From contig JBGSWA010000021.1 in NCBI GenBank assembly GCA_041752645.1, positions 62 to 64,061 of the forward strand: DNA of 64,000 nt. Reading direction: 5' to 3'. Position numbers and translations under genes: made by a program. The notes beneath the pieces are model-generated. The model saw only the letters and a list, made by a program, of their open reading frames with translations, made no database searches and was not told where the DNA came from. The DNA comes from Gillisia sp. Its GTDB lineage: Bacteria; Bacteroidota; Bacteroidia; Flavobacteriales; Flavobacteriaceae. Positions 1 through 8,767 of this stretch are shown in pieces. The stretch's first letter is position 1, and each line of letters begins with the position of its first letter.

Positions 1-2
1 CC

Positions 3-881
3 GGAAGACATACTGGTAAGGTTAAGGCAATGCAGGATGAACGCGGGAAGGATGTGAAGGTTGCGGGGCCATCAACCCCTGTCTCTATTTTAGGTCTAGA
101 CGGAGCGCCTCAGGCAGGTGATAAGTTCAGGGTAATGTTGGATGAGCGCGAGGCAAAAGATATTGCTTCAAGACGAACACAGTTGCAAAGGGAACAATCC
201 GTAAGGACTCAACGACATATTACCCTGGATGAAATTGGTCGCCGAATTGCATTAGGGGAATTTAAAGAAATCAATATCATCCTTAAAGGTGATGTGGATG
301 GATCTGTGGAAGCATTGACAGATAGTTTCCAAAAACTCTCCACAGAAGAAATTCAAGTCAATATTATACATAGAGGAGTTGGGCCTATAACTGAGAGCGA
401 TGTTCTCCTTGCCTCTGCTTCCGATGCAGTGATCATTGGATTTAATGTGCGTCCGGCTGGAAATGCCAGACAATTGGCAGATAAAGAGGAAATTGATGTA
501 AGGACTTATTCAATTATCTATGACGCTATCAACGATTTAAAGGATGCGATGGAAGGTATGTTGACTCCTGAAATGAAGGAGGAAATTACCGGAACCGCTG
601 AGATCAGGGAGACTTTTAAAATTTCCAAAATTGGAACTATTGCAGGTTGTATGGTAACTTCAGGAAAAATTGTCAAGAACAACGGTATCCGATTGATCAG
701 AGATGGTATCGTAATTCACACGGGCGAACTTTCATCCTTAAAACGATTTAAAGATGATGCGAAAGAAGTGGCAAAAGGCTATGATTGTGGGATGCAGGTG
801 AAGAATTACAATGATATTAAAGAAGGGGATATTATAGAAGGATATCAGGAAGTTGCTGTTAAAAAGAAAATGAAGAAGTAG
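3..881 (+). CDS. infB: Translation initiation factor IF-2, C-terminal part (5' end outside window)
   Basis: Frame is open from the window edge (GRHTGKVKAM...). Contains IF-2 motifs GPSTPVSILGL, KGDVDGSVEAL, GVGPITESDV, SSLKRFKDDAKEV, GYDCG. Confidence 0.97.
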   Translation, partial: GRHTGKVKAMQDERGKDVKVAGPSTPVSILGLDGAPQAGDKFRVMLDEREAKDIASRRTQLQREQSVRTQRHITLDEIGRRIALGEFKEINIILKGDVDGSVEALTDSFQKLSTEEIQVNIIHRGVGPITESDVLLASASDAVIIGFNVRPAGNARQLADKEEIDVRTYSIIYDAINDLKDAMEGMLTPEMKEEITGTAEIRETFKISKIGTIAGCMVTSGKIVKNNGIRLIRDGIVIHTGELSSLKRFKDDAKEVAKGYDCGMQVKNYNDIKEGDIIEGYQEVAVKKKMKK

Positions 882-1046
882 CAAATTCTATTGCTAATAT
901 AAAAAATGAGGTTGCACGGGTTTTAATACCTTTACAACCTTTTTTTTATGGGATAATTTCAGCCTTTTTGAGCCTACGGGATCTGTGTGCAGAATAATCG
1001 ATCTTCAGCTTTAGAAGTGCTCTGTCTGCCTCCAACTGATTTTGGA
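861..1046. repeat. Left copy of about 180 bp direct repeat (infB end, terminator, degenerate SPOR 3' tail)
   Basis: Aligns by eye with 1583-1759 at about 80% identity. A 28-nt stretch (ctttagaagtgctctgtctgcctccaac) is identical at 1009-1036 and 1722-1749. The start boundary is approximate. Confidence 0.9.
901..947 (+). terminator. Intrinsic terminator of infB (probably bidirectional)
   Basis: A6, then stem aggttg (909-914) / caacct (935-940) with further imperfect pairing, then a T8 run; starts 20 nt after the infB stop. Confidence 0.7.
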
Positions 1047-1579
1047 CCTGTTGTGCTGCCTGCCACTTCCCCCTTCCGCGTCCCTTGTTAGCACCGAGTT
1101 TCTCTTTTAATTAGGTATCCTAGCTTTTTATTACGGGCAAGGTGCTGTTTTTATCAGGGTTTTGTTAGTTAGTTGGAAGCCTAATAAAAGTGGTTTAATC
1201 AGCCAGATTATTGTGAGATCATCTGGTTGGGATGTGGTAAACGAAACTGTTGGTAGTTCTGTGGATTCCCAGAAAATTGAATTTCTTGGGACCATGCAAA
1301 AAGCGAATCATGCCCCTTACTCCTCAGGTTTTTTTGGGTTTGGATAAAGAATTGGAATTTGTCTGGAAACACAATTAAATATAAAAGAGTCTTCTCTAAA
1401 CCCTGAAAAAGCTATTGATATAGAAAAGATAATAGGGCAGCTCAGTTTTCAATCCCCATATTCAACTGCAGAATTCTATAGATTAGTGCTAAAAAATCAG
1501 GAACAAGAAGATTTAGTAATCCTGTTCAATTTAGATAAGCACCTAGCCTGAAATCCAGGGTGATATCATGTGCATCAGG
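1047..1579 (+). mobile_element. Internally deleted, decayed IS1634-family insertion sequence (non-autonomous relic)
   Basis: Starts with CCTG exactly where left-repeat homology ends and ends with CAGG just before the right repeat. Carries N- and C-terminal transposase-like peptides. Beyond the first 7 nt the terminal inverted repeats are poorly matched. Confidence 0.75.
1147..1551 (+). pseudogene. IS1634-family transposase remnant (fused N- and C-terminal fragments, internal TAA at 1345-1347)
   Basis: One frame reads VFIR...KPNKSGLISQIIVRSSGWDVVNETVGSSVDSQKIEFL, then after a stop LETQLNIKESSLNPEKAIDIEKIIGQLSFQSPYSTAEFYRLVLKNQEQEDLVILFNL*. These resemble, from memory of the family, Bacteroidota IS1634 transposase termini (MFIRKKxNKSGxISxQIIDKSSG...TIGSS and LERQL...LSPEKAIxIAKTI). 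The DDE core is missing. Confidence 0.72.
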
Positions 1580-1582
1580 AAA

Positions 1583-1759
1583 ACAAAGAAAATGCACATG
1601 CTATAACTGACAATAAAAACGGGGTTGCATGGGTTTATATCTGTACAGCCCTTTTTTTTATGGGGTAATTTCAGCCTTTTTGTGGCTTCGGGATAAATGC
1701 TGCAGAATAATCGCTCTTCATCTTTAGAAGTGCTCTGTCTGCCTCCAACCGGTTTCGAA
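1583..1759. repeat. Right copy of about 180 bp direct repeat (degenerate infB end, terminator, intact SPOR 3' end)
   Basis: Aligns with 861-1046. This copy carries the in-frame SPOR C-terminus and its TGA. Confidence 0.9.
1615..1659. terminator. Second (duplicated) copy of the infB/SPOR terminator hairpin
   Basis: aaaaa-c-ggggttgca...tgtacagccc-T8; homologous to 901-947 and located just past the SPOR stop. Confidence 0.5.
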
Positions 1760-2063
1760 AATTTCCGACCCAAACCTTATAATTTGGAGTCTCATATATT
1801 ATTTCTGATGGCCAGGAGTCATATTTGGAACGGAAGGCCTTGATTATTTCGCTGGCAGTGTTATTATCTCCATAATACAACTGTATTTTATAGCGTTCTC
1901 CAAACTTCCCGGCCTTGGTCATCTCAGCATTCAAGATATTCAATTCAGGTATTAATTCATTTTGCTCAATATTGACACGACCGTTTTGGGCTGTGCTGAT
2001 TTGAATTATTCCCAGGAGAAAAATTCCTATCAGGAAACGATCTTTAACTTTTAATAATCTCAT
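1671..2063 (-). CDS. SPOR domain-containing periplasmic protein
   Basis: Signal peptide (RFLIGIFLLGIIQISTAQ) and SPOR-like C-terminus (YKIQLY...PNYKVWVGNFRNRLEADRALLKMK). The ATG at 2063 is preferred over the track start at 2114. Confidence 0.85.
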   Translation of the reverse strand: MRLLKVKDRFLIGIFLLGIIQISTAQNGRVNIEQNELIPELNILNAEMTKAGKFGERYKIQLYYGDNNTASEIIKAFRSKYDSWPSEIIYETPNYKVWVGNFRNRLEADRALLKMKSDYSAAFIPKPQKG

Positions 2064-2121
2064 ATCAAATAGGTTTGGTGTAAAAGTAAAACTTAATAAC
2101 TTATATGTGGGCAAGTTTATT

Positions 2122-2140
2122 ATTTAGACTTGGTCTAAAT
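2122..2140. promoter_or_regulatory. 19-bp palindromic operator candidate (ATTTAGAC-TTG-GTCTAAAT) in the SPOR/act divergent region
   Basis: Perfect 8-3-8 inverted repeat read directly from the sequence; the binding regulator is inferred only. Confidence 0.55.
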
Positions 2141-2186
2141 TAAGGCCTAACACGAACCTACCATTTCCAAAATCCACTTTAATTGT

Positions 2187-2194
2187 TACTTTTG
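2187..2194 (+). promoter_or_regulatory. Bacteroidota sigma70 -7 box (TACTTTTG) of the act operon
   Basis: Matches TAnnTTTG, 90 nt upstream of the actA ATG. Confidence 0.55.
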
Positions 2195-2242
2195 TTGCTG
2201 AATTTTTTAGGTACGCCAGTTTATTTTAACACAATTAGTTAT

Positions 2243-2262
2243 AAAATATCGTGCCAAAAATA
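2243..2262 (-). promoter_or_regulatory. Promoter candidate for the SPOR gene (TATTTTTGGCACGATATTTT)
   Basis: TAnnTTTG box running into TGGCACG (sigma54 -24-like). The 17-nt core is identical to 52579-52595. Confidence 0.45.
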
Positions 2263-2284
2263 AGAAGCTAATTCAACTTAAAAT

Positions 2285-3628
2285 ATGAAAAAGGTGAAAT
2301 TCCGCCATTCAACCACTCGCTTTCTGTTATTATCAGTAGTGTTTTTGCTTTCATTTTCCGCCCTCACTTTCTCCCAGGAGAAACTAGCATCGCCAATTAC
2401 CGAGCAACCAGTTGTTGAAGTTACTGATACTCCTGGGTCTTCGCTAGGCGATCCTGCAAATGGAAAATCTCTGTTTAATTCCCTTTGCGCTGCTTGCCAT
2501 AAGCCTTATTCGAAATCTATTGGGCCTGCTCTGCACGGTTTGACCGATAGGCGAGGTGCAGAATGGATAAAATCATGGATTCATAATTCTTCAGCCTTAA
2601 TTGCTTCCGGAGATCCTGAAGCGGTTGCAATCTTTGAGGAATACAACAAAATGCCGATGCCCCCATTCCCGCAATTAACGGATGTGGAAATTGGAGATAT
2701 TCTGGCCTATGTGGAAACACCTAAACCTGAGCCCCAAGTTGCCGTTGGTCCTGTTGCACAAGAAGGAACTGCCTCTTCCCAGGTTGGGATATCCAGCAAT
2801 ATTATCCTGGGGATTTTAGCCTTTGTGCTATTGATGCTTTTGGTGATTTTATTTCTTGTCAATAGAACACTTAGGAAATTTGCGGTTGCAAGTGGGGTAG
2901 AATTACCTGAAAAGGAACAAAGAACCCCGCTTTGGAGGTCCTTTGTTCAAAATCAATTTTTGGTATTGGTCACCGCGATACTTTTATTGCTTGGGAGCGC
3001 TTATTTTATATATGGTTTTTTCATGCAGGTTGGGGTAGATCAGGGATACCAGCCTATTCAGCCTATTCATTATTCACATAAAATTCACGCAGGTGATAAC
3101 ATGGTGGATTGTAAATTTTGTCACTCCTCTGCCAGGACTTCCAAACAAGCTGGTATTCCTTCATTAAATGTATGTATGAATTGTCATAAGGCTATTGGGG
3201 AAGTGGCGGAAGCAACTGCAACCGAGGAATACTCAAAAGAATTCTACGATAAGGAAATTGTCAAGTTATATGATGCGGTAGGTTGGGATCCTGCTACACT
3301 CACTTATTCTGGAGTGACCAAACCAGTAAAATGGGTCCGAATTCACAACCTGCCCGATTTTGCATATTTTAATCACTCCCAGCACGTGACTGTTGCCGGG
3401 GTTGCTTGCCAAACCTGTCATGGTCCCGTTGAGGAAATGGAGATTGTATCTCAAAACACTCCGTTAACCATGGGTTGGTGTATCAATTGTCACCGTGAAA
3501 CTAATGTGAATCTCGCAGGTAATGAATATTACCAAAAGATCCACGAAGAACTGTCTAAAAAATACGGTGTTGAAGCTTTGACAGTGGCTCAATTAGGTGG
3601 GTTGGAATGTGCAAAATGTCACTATTAA
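2285..3628 (+). CDS. actA: Alternative complex III multiheme cytochrome c subunit (N-terminal monoheme plus pentaheme c3-like domain)
   Basis: Six CxxCH motifs (CAACH, CKFCH, CMNCH, CQTCH, CINCH, CAKCH), two central TM helices, first gene of the act cluster. Confidence 0.93.
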   Translation: MKKVKFRHSTTRFLLLSVVFLLSFSALTFSQEKLASPITEQPVVEVTDTPGSSLGDPANGKSLFNSLCAACHKPYSKSIGPALHGLTDRRGAEWIKSWIHNSSALIASGDPEAVAIFEEYNKMPMPPFPQLTDVEIGDILAYVETPKPEPQVAVGPVAQEGTASSQVGISSNIILGILAFVLLMLLVILFLVNRTLRKFAVASGVELPEKEQRTPLWRSFVQNQFLVLVTAILLLLGSAYFIYGFFMQVGVDQGYQPIQPIHYSHKIHAGDNMVDCKFCHSSARTSKQAGIPSLNVCMNCHKAIGEVAEATATEEYSKEFYDKEIVKLYDAVGWDPATLTYSGVTKPVKWVRIHNLPDFAYFNHSQHVTVAGVACQTCHGPVEEMEIVSQNTPLTMGWCINCHRETNVNLAGNEYYQKIHEELSKKYGVEALTVAQLGGLECAKCHY

Positions 3629-3688
3629 TAAAAAAAGTGTTACCTGCACAAGCGGGTATTTAATTACGAAGTTAATATCTAGATATAT

Positions 3689-6600
3689 ATGTCAGCAAAC
3701 AAGAAATACTGGAAAAGTGTTGAGGAACTGGATGAAAATAGTTCTATTGTTGAGAGACTCCAGCAAAAAGAATTTGTAGAAGAAATTCCAACTGATGAAT
3801 TTTTAGGGAATAAGGAATCCCTGAGTAACTCAGCAACCACCCGACGCGATTTCTTGAAATATGTCGGTTTTACAACTGCAGCCGCCTCACTTGCTGCCTG
3901 TGAAGGGCCGGTAATTAAATCCATTCCTTATGTAGTTCAGCCAGAAAGAATTGTGCCCGGAGTGGCAAATTTCTATGCGACTGCAATTGCAGATGGGTTC
4001 GATTTTGCGAGTGTTTTGGTAAAAACCCGGGAGGGACGTCCTATAAAAATAGAAAATAATATCCTGTCCACCTCAAAGGCAGGAGTAAATGCGAGGGTTC
4101 ACGCTTCGGTGCTTTCCCTATACGATGGTAAGCGCTTAAAACGCCCAATGGCAAACGGACAAAATGTTTCCTGGGAAGAATTTCATAATCAGGTTGGCAA
4201 GGCATTAAATAGTATTGAAGGAGAAATAGTTCTTTTGACTCAAACTTTTGCCAGTCCTTCTACCTCAAATTTAATTAAAGAGTTTTCTGCAAAATTCGGG
4301 AATGTGCGCCATGTGGTGTATGATACAGTTTCTGAAGATGCTGCGCTAAATGCTTTTGAAGCCAAATTTGGAACAAGGGCTTTAGCCAATTACGATTTTT
4401 CTAAAGCACAAACTATAGTTTCTATCGGTGCAGATTTCCTAGGAGATTGGAACGGAGGTGGTTTTGATGCCGGATACGCAAAAGGCAGGGTTCCTGAAAA
4501 TGGAAAAATGTCACGACATATCCAGTTTGAAGCAAATATGTCTCTGACCGGTGCAAATGCAGATAAACGAATTCCCGTAACACCTTCTCAACAAAAGGCG
4601 GTATTGGCAGCATTATACGGATATATAACTGGAGGTGCTTCATCTAGTAATCTCCCTGGAAATATAGATGATGCCGTAGTTAAAGCCGGGAATCAATTAA
4701 GAAAATCAGGAAACCACGCTGTTGTGGTTACAGGCTTACCTGATACCGATGCGCAATTACTTGTTCTTGCGATTAACCAGGCCTTGGGTAGCCAGGTGAT
4801 CGATACAGATAATCCAAGGATGATCCGCCAGGGGAGTGCTCAGGCAGTTTCAAAATTAGTTCAGGATATGAAGAGTGGAAGTGTAGGAGCCTTATTGATT
4901 GCTGGGGTAAATCCTGCATATAGCTTGCCTAATTCCAAAGAATTTATTGAAGCACTTAAAGGGGTTGAGATTTCGGTAGCTTTTTCAATGAAGGAGGATG
5001 AAACTGCGAAACTCTGTAAATTTATTGCCGCTACACCACATTATTTGGAAAGCTGGGGTGATATTCAATTTACCAAAAACAATTTCAGCTTTATGCAGCC
5101 TACCATCAGGCCATTGTTTGATACAAGACAATTTCAGGACTGTTTAATGAAATGGAACGGAAACAGTATCTCATATTACGAGTATATAAAGGATACATGG
5201 AGCGGCTCTCTAGGGCTTGGTTCCTGGAATGATGCCCTTCACGATGGAATTTTTGAAGGAACTGTTCCCATTGTTGCCGCTGCTATAACTTCAGAAACTG
5301 CCTCAACGGTTAATATCAGTACTTCAGCCTCAAAGCTAAGTCAGGCAGGAGAAATTAAGGGATTTGAACTTGTGCTCTATACAAAGGTTTCTATGGGAGA
5401 CGGGCAGCAAGCCAATAACCCGTGGTTGCAGGAAATGCCGGATCCTATTACCAGATCATCCTGGGATAATTATGTGACAATTTCCAAAACCGATGCCGAA
5501 ACTCTCGGAATAATAAATGAGAATGTGGCAAATGGTGCGCTTAACGGAAGTTATGTGAACCTTAAAATGGAGGGGGTTGTAGTAGAAAATATACCCGTTA
5601 TTATCCAACCCGGACAAGCTAAAGGATCTCTGGGTCTTGCATTGGGTTACGGAAAAAAAGAAGGGATTAAAGAAGAAATGCAGGTAGGGGTAAATGCTTT
5701 TCCGCTATATAAAGATTTTAAATCGGTTCAAAACGTTACTTTAGAGAAGGCTTCAGGAATGCATGAATTTGCCTGTGTTCAATTGCAAAACACATTGATG
5801 GGCCGGGGCGATATCATCAAGGAAACTACCCTTGAAATTTTTAATACCAAGGAGGTGGAGGAGTGGAACAAGGTTCCTGTAGTATCACTAAATCATATGG
5901 AAACCCAGGTAACTTCTCCTGAAGTTGATCTGTGGCAATCCTTTGACCGTGAGGTAGGCCACCACTTTAATTTGTCCATAGATCTAAATGCATGTACTGG
6001 ATGTGGTGCCTGTGTTATTGCGTGTCATTCTGAAAACAATGTGCCGGTAGTGGGTAAAGTGGAAATTAGAAAATCCCGGGATATGCACTGGCTGCGCATC
6101 GACCGTTATTACTCTTCTGAAGAGACCTTTAACAATGATATCGATAAAAAAGAAGATATTTCCGGACTTGGACAGTCACTTTCCCAATTCGGGGAATTGG
6201 AGCAACCGGGAGATAATCCGCAAGTAGTATTTCAACCGGTAATGTGCCAACACTGTAACCATGCACCCTGTGAAACAGTATGCCCTGTGGCCGCGACTTC
6301 TCATGGGCGTCAGGGCCAGAATCAAATGGTTTATAACAGATGTGTCGGTACTAGATATTGCGCAAATAACTGTCCTTACAAGGTGCGGCGTTTCAATTGG
6401 TTTAAATACTCAGGTAATGATGAGTTTGATTATCACATGAATGATGATTTGGGCAGAATGGTGTTAAATCCCGATGTTACTGTGAGATCAAGAGGGGTAA
6501 TGGAAAAATGCTCTATGTGTATTCAAAAAACGCAAAAAACCATTTTGGATGCAAAGCGGGATGGCAGGGTGATAGAAGATGGTGAATTCCAAACAGCCTG

Positions 6601-6769
6601 TTCAGCGGCCTGTGATAAAGGGGCAATGGTCTTTGGGGACATAAACCATAAGGAAGCTAGGATCGTTAAAATGAAGGAGGATAAAAGAATGTATCACTTG
6701 TTGGAATATGTAGGAACCAAACCAAATGTGATGTATCAAACCAAGATAAGGAATATTTCAGAAGCATAA
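3689..6769 (+). CDS. actB: ACIII subunit B, Tat-exported molybdopterin-oxidoreductase-like domain fused to Fe-S domain
   Basis: TRRDFLK Tat motif followed by a lipobox-like LAAC; C-terminal Fe-S motifs CTGCGAC, CQHCNHAPC, CVGTRYC, CSMC. Confidence 0.95.
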   Translation: MSANKKYWKSVEELDENSSIVERLQQKEFVEEIPTDEFLGNKESLSNSATTRRDFLKYVGFTTAAASLAACEGPVIKSIPYVVQPERIVPGVANFYATAIADGFDFASVLVKTREGRPIKIENNILSTSKAGVNARVHASVLSLYDGKRLKRPMANGQNVSWEEFHNQVGKALNSIEGEIVLLTQTFASPSTSNLIKEFSAKFGNVRHVVYDTVSEDAALNAFEAKFGTRALANYDFSKAQTIVSIGADFLGDWNGGGFDAGYAKGRVPENGKMSRHIQFEANMSLTGANADKRIPVTPSQQKAVLAALYGYITGGASSSNLPGNIDDAVVKAGNQLRKSGNHAVVVTGLPDTDAQLLVLAINQALGSQVIDTDNPRMIRQGSAQAVSKLVQDMKSGSVGALLIAGVNPAYSLPNSKEFIEALKGVEISVAFSMKEDETAKLCKFIAATPHYLESWGDIQFTKNNFSFMQPTIRPLFDTRQFQDCLMKWNGNSISYYEYIKDTWSGSLGLGSWNDALHDGIFEGTVPIVAAAITSETASTVNISTSASKLSQAGEIKGFELVLYTKVSMGDGQQANNPWLQEMPDPITRSSWDNYVTISKTDAETLGIINENVANGALNGSYVNLKMEGVVVENIPVIIQPGQAKGSLGLALGYGKKEGIKEEMQVGVNAFPLYKDFKSVQNVTLEKASGMHEFACVQLQNTLMGRGDIIKETTLEIFNTKEVEEWNKVPVVSLNHMETQVTSPEVDLWQSFDREVGHHFNLSIDLNACTGCGACVIACHSENNVPVVGKVEIRKSRDMHWLRIDRYYSSEETFNNDIDKKEDISGLGQSLSQFGELEQPGDNPQVVFQPVMCQHCNHAPCETVCPVAATSHGRQGQNQMVYNRCVGTRYCANNCPYKVRRFNWFKYSGNDEFDYHMNDDLGRMVLNPDVTVRSRGVMEKCSMCIQKTQKTILDAKRDGRVIEDGEFQTACSAACDKGAMVFGDINHKEARIVKMKEDKRMYHLLEYVGTKPNVMYQTKIRNISEA

Positions 6770-6804
6770 TAAAGTAAACAATTAAAGAATCAATTAAAAA
6801 GGAT

Positions 6805-8217
6805 ATGTCTCATTACGAAGCACCAATACGAAAGCCTTTAGTTACCGGAGATAAAACCTATCACGATGTAACCATAGATGTGGCTGCAGCTGTTGAGGGT
6901 AAAGCAAATAGGTCCTGGTGGATAGTTTTTTCTATCGCACTTGTCGCTTTTCTCTGGGGTTTGGGTTGTATAATTTATACCGTTTCCACGGGTATTGGAA
7001 CCTGGGGACTCAACAAAACCGTGGGCTGGGCCTGGGATATCACCAACTTTGTTTGGTGGGTAGGTATCGGTCACGCAGGAACGCTTATTTCAGCGGTATT
7101 GCTGTTGTTCCGCCAAAAATGGAGAATGGCGATCAACCGATCAGCAGAGGCTATGACCATCTTTTCTGTAATGCAGGCAGGATTGTTTCCTATAATCCAC
7201 ATGGGGCGTCCCTGGCTAGCCTATTGGGTACTTCCTATCCCTAATCAATTTGGTTCCCTATGGGTGAATTTTAACTCTCCTCTGCTTTGGGATGTATTTG
7301 CAATTTCTACCTATTTATCTGTTTCCCTGGTGTTTTGGTGGACAGGTCTTCTTCCTGATTTTGCAATGATCCGAGATAGGGCCGTAAAACCTTTTCAGAA
7401 AAAGATCTACGGAATTTTGAGTTTTGGATGGAGCGGAAGGGCCAAGGATTGGCAACGTATGGAAGAAGTGTCCTTGGTACTTGCCGGTTTGGCAACTCCT
7501 CTTGTACTTTCGGTTCATACAATTGTATCCTTTGACTTTGCCACCGCCGTAATTCCTGGATGGCATACTACCATTTTTCCTCCATATTTTGTTGCCGGTG
7601 CTGTGTTTTCAGGATTTGCAATGGTCAATACACTCCTTATAATTATGCGGAAGGTTTCAAATCTGGAAGATTATATTACCATCCAGCATATTGAATTGAT
7701 GAATATTGTAATTATGGTTACCGGCTCCATTGTGGGATGCGCTTATATTACAGAACTCTTTGTAGCCTGGTACTCCGGGGTGGAATATGAACAATATGCA
7801 TTTTTGAACCGTGCAACAGGCCCCTATTGGTGGGCCTACTGGTCGATGATGACCTTTAATGTATTCTCTCCTCAGTTTATGTGGTTTAAGAAATTGCGTA
7901 CCAGCATTATGTTCTCATTCTTTATTTCAGTTGTGGTAAACATTGGAATGTGGTTTGAGCGTTTTGTAATTATCGTTACCTCCTTGCACCGTGATTACCT
8001 GCCGTCTTCCTGGACCATGTTTTCCCCTACTTTTGTAGACATAGGAATATTTATTGGAACCATAGGATTCTTCTTTGTACTGTTCTTGTTATATGCCAGG
8101 ACATTCCCTGTAATTGCACAAGCCGAAGTTAAAACGATCCTAAAATCATCCAGCGCGCTATACAAGAGGTTACGGGCAGATCAAGGGGATGATGCAGATC
8201 ACCGTAATAAAATTTAA
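6805..8217 (+). CDS. actC: ACIII subunit C, NrfD/PsrC-family quinol-oxidising membrane protein
   Basis: WDITNFVWWVGIGHAGTLISA, HMGRPW, LVLSVHTIVSFDFA motifs; about 10 TM segments. Confidence 0.95.
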   Translation: MSHYEAPIRKPLVTGDKTYHDVTIDVAAAVEGKANRSWWIVFSIALVAFLWGLGCIIYTVSTGIGTWGLNKTVGWAWDITNFVWWVGIGHAGTLISAVLLLFRQKWRMAINRSAEAMTIFSVMQAGLFPIIHMGRPWLAYWVLPIPNQFGSLWVNFNSPLLWDVFAISTYLSVSLVFWWTGLLPDFAMIRDRAVKPFQKKIYGILSFGWSGRAKDWQRMEEVSLVLAGLATPLVLSVHTIVSFDFATAVIPGWHTTIFPPYFVAGAVFSGFAMVNTLLIIMRKVSNLEDYITIQHIELMNIVIMVTGSIVGCAYITELFVAWYSGVEYEQYAFLNRATGPYWWAYWSMMTFNVFSPQFMWFKKLRTSIMFSFFISVVVNIGMWFERFVIIVTSLHRDYLPSSWTMFSPTFVDIGIFIGTIGFFFVLFLLYARTFPVIAQAEVKTILKSSSALYKRLRADQGDDADHRNKI

Positions 8218-8234
8218 TATTAATAGAAATAAGG

Positions 8235-8762
8235 ATGGCATCAAAAGTTATACACGCTATTTATACCGATGACGATCTGCTGTTGCAAGCGGTAAAACAA
8301 GTTCGTGAGGCCCGTTACCATATTGCTGAAATTTACACCCCATTTCCTGTACACGGGTTGGACAAAGCAATGGGATTGGCTCCCACAAGGATTGCAATTG
8401 CCTCCTTCCTTTATGGATTGGTAGGTTTAGGGGTAGCTATCCTGATGATGGATTATATGATGATTACAGATTGGCCCCAGGATATTGGCGGAAAACCCAG
8501 TTTTAGTTTTCTGCAGAACCTGCCTGCATTTGTGCCCATTATTTTTGAATTAACTGTGTTTTTTGCCGCTCACCTGATGGTGATCACTTTTTATTTGAGA
8601 AGTAAATTATGGCCTTTTAAAACCGCAGAAAATCCAGATCTAAGGACTACAGACGACCATTTCCTGATGGAAATAGAGGTAGCACACCACGATTTAGAAA
8701 ACCTAACCAGCTTCTTGAAAGAAACTGGTGCACGCGAGATCAATTTAATAGATATTAAATAA
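8235..8762 (+). CDS. actD: ACIII subunit D (DUF3341)
   Basis: YTPFPVHGLD and PIIFELTVFFAA motifs; follows actC. Confidence 0.9.
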   Translation: MASKVIHAIYTDDDLLLQAVKQVREARYHIAEIYTPFPVHGLDKAMGLAPTRIAIASFLYGLVGLGVAILMMDYMMITDWPQDIGGKPSFSFLQNLPAFVPIIFELTVFFAAHLMVITFYLRSKLWPFKTAENPDLRTTDDHFLMEIEVAHHDLENLTSFLKETGAREINLIDIK

Positions 8763-8767
8763 AGAGA

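Noticed and set aside
1290-1600. Minus-strand HVH and FAW peptides suggesting an IS200/IS605 HUH transposase
   Set aside because: The frame has several stops and the motif spacing (about 100 aa) is far longer than in TnpA. It is the antisense of the IS1634-like remnant.
1050-1607. Integron-like cassette: GTTGTGC and GTTAGCA core-like sites near 1050-1092 and GCTATAAC at 1600-1607
   Set aside because: No complete attC hairpin, no integrase, no array. The transposase remnants and direct repeats explain the segment better.
1543-1773. 76-aa minus-strand ORF from the track
   Set aside because: Out-of-frame overlap with the SPOR 3' end, the terminator and the IS end; no recognisable protein features.
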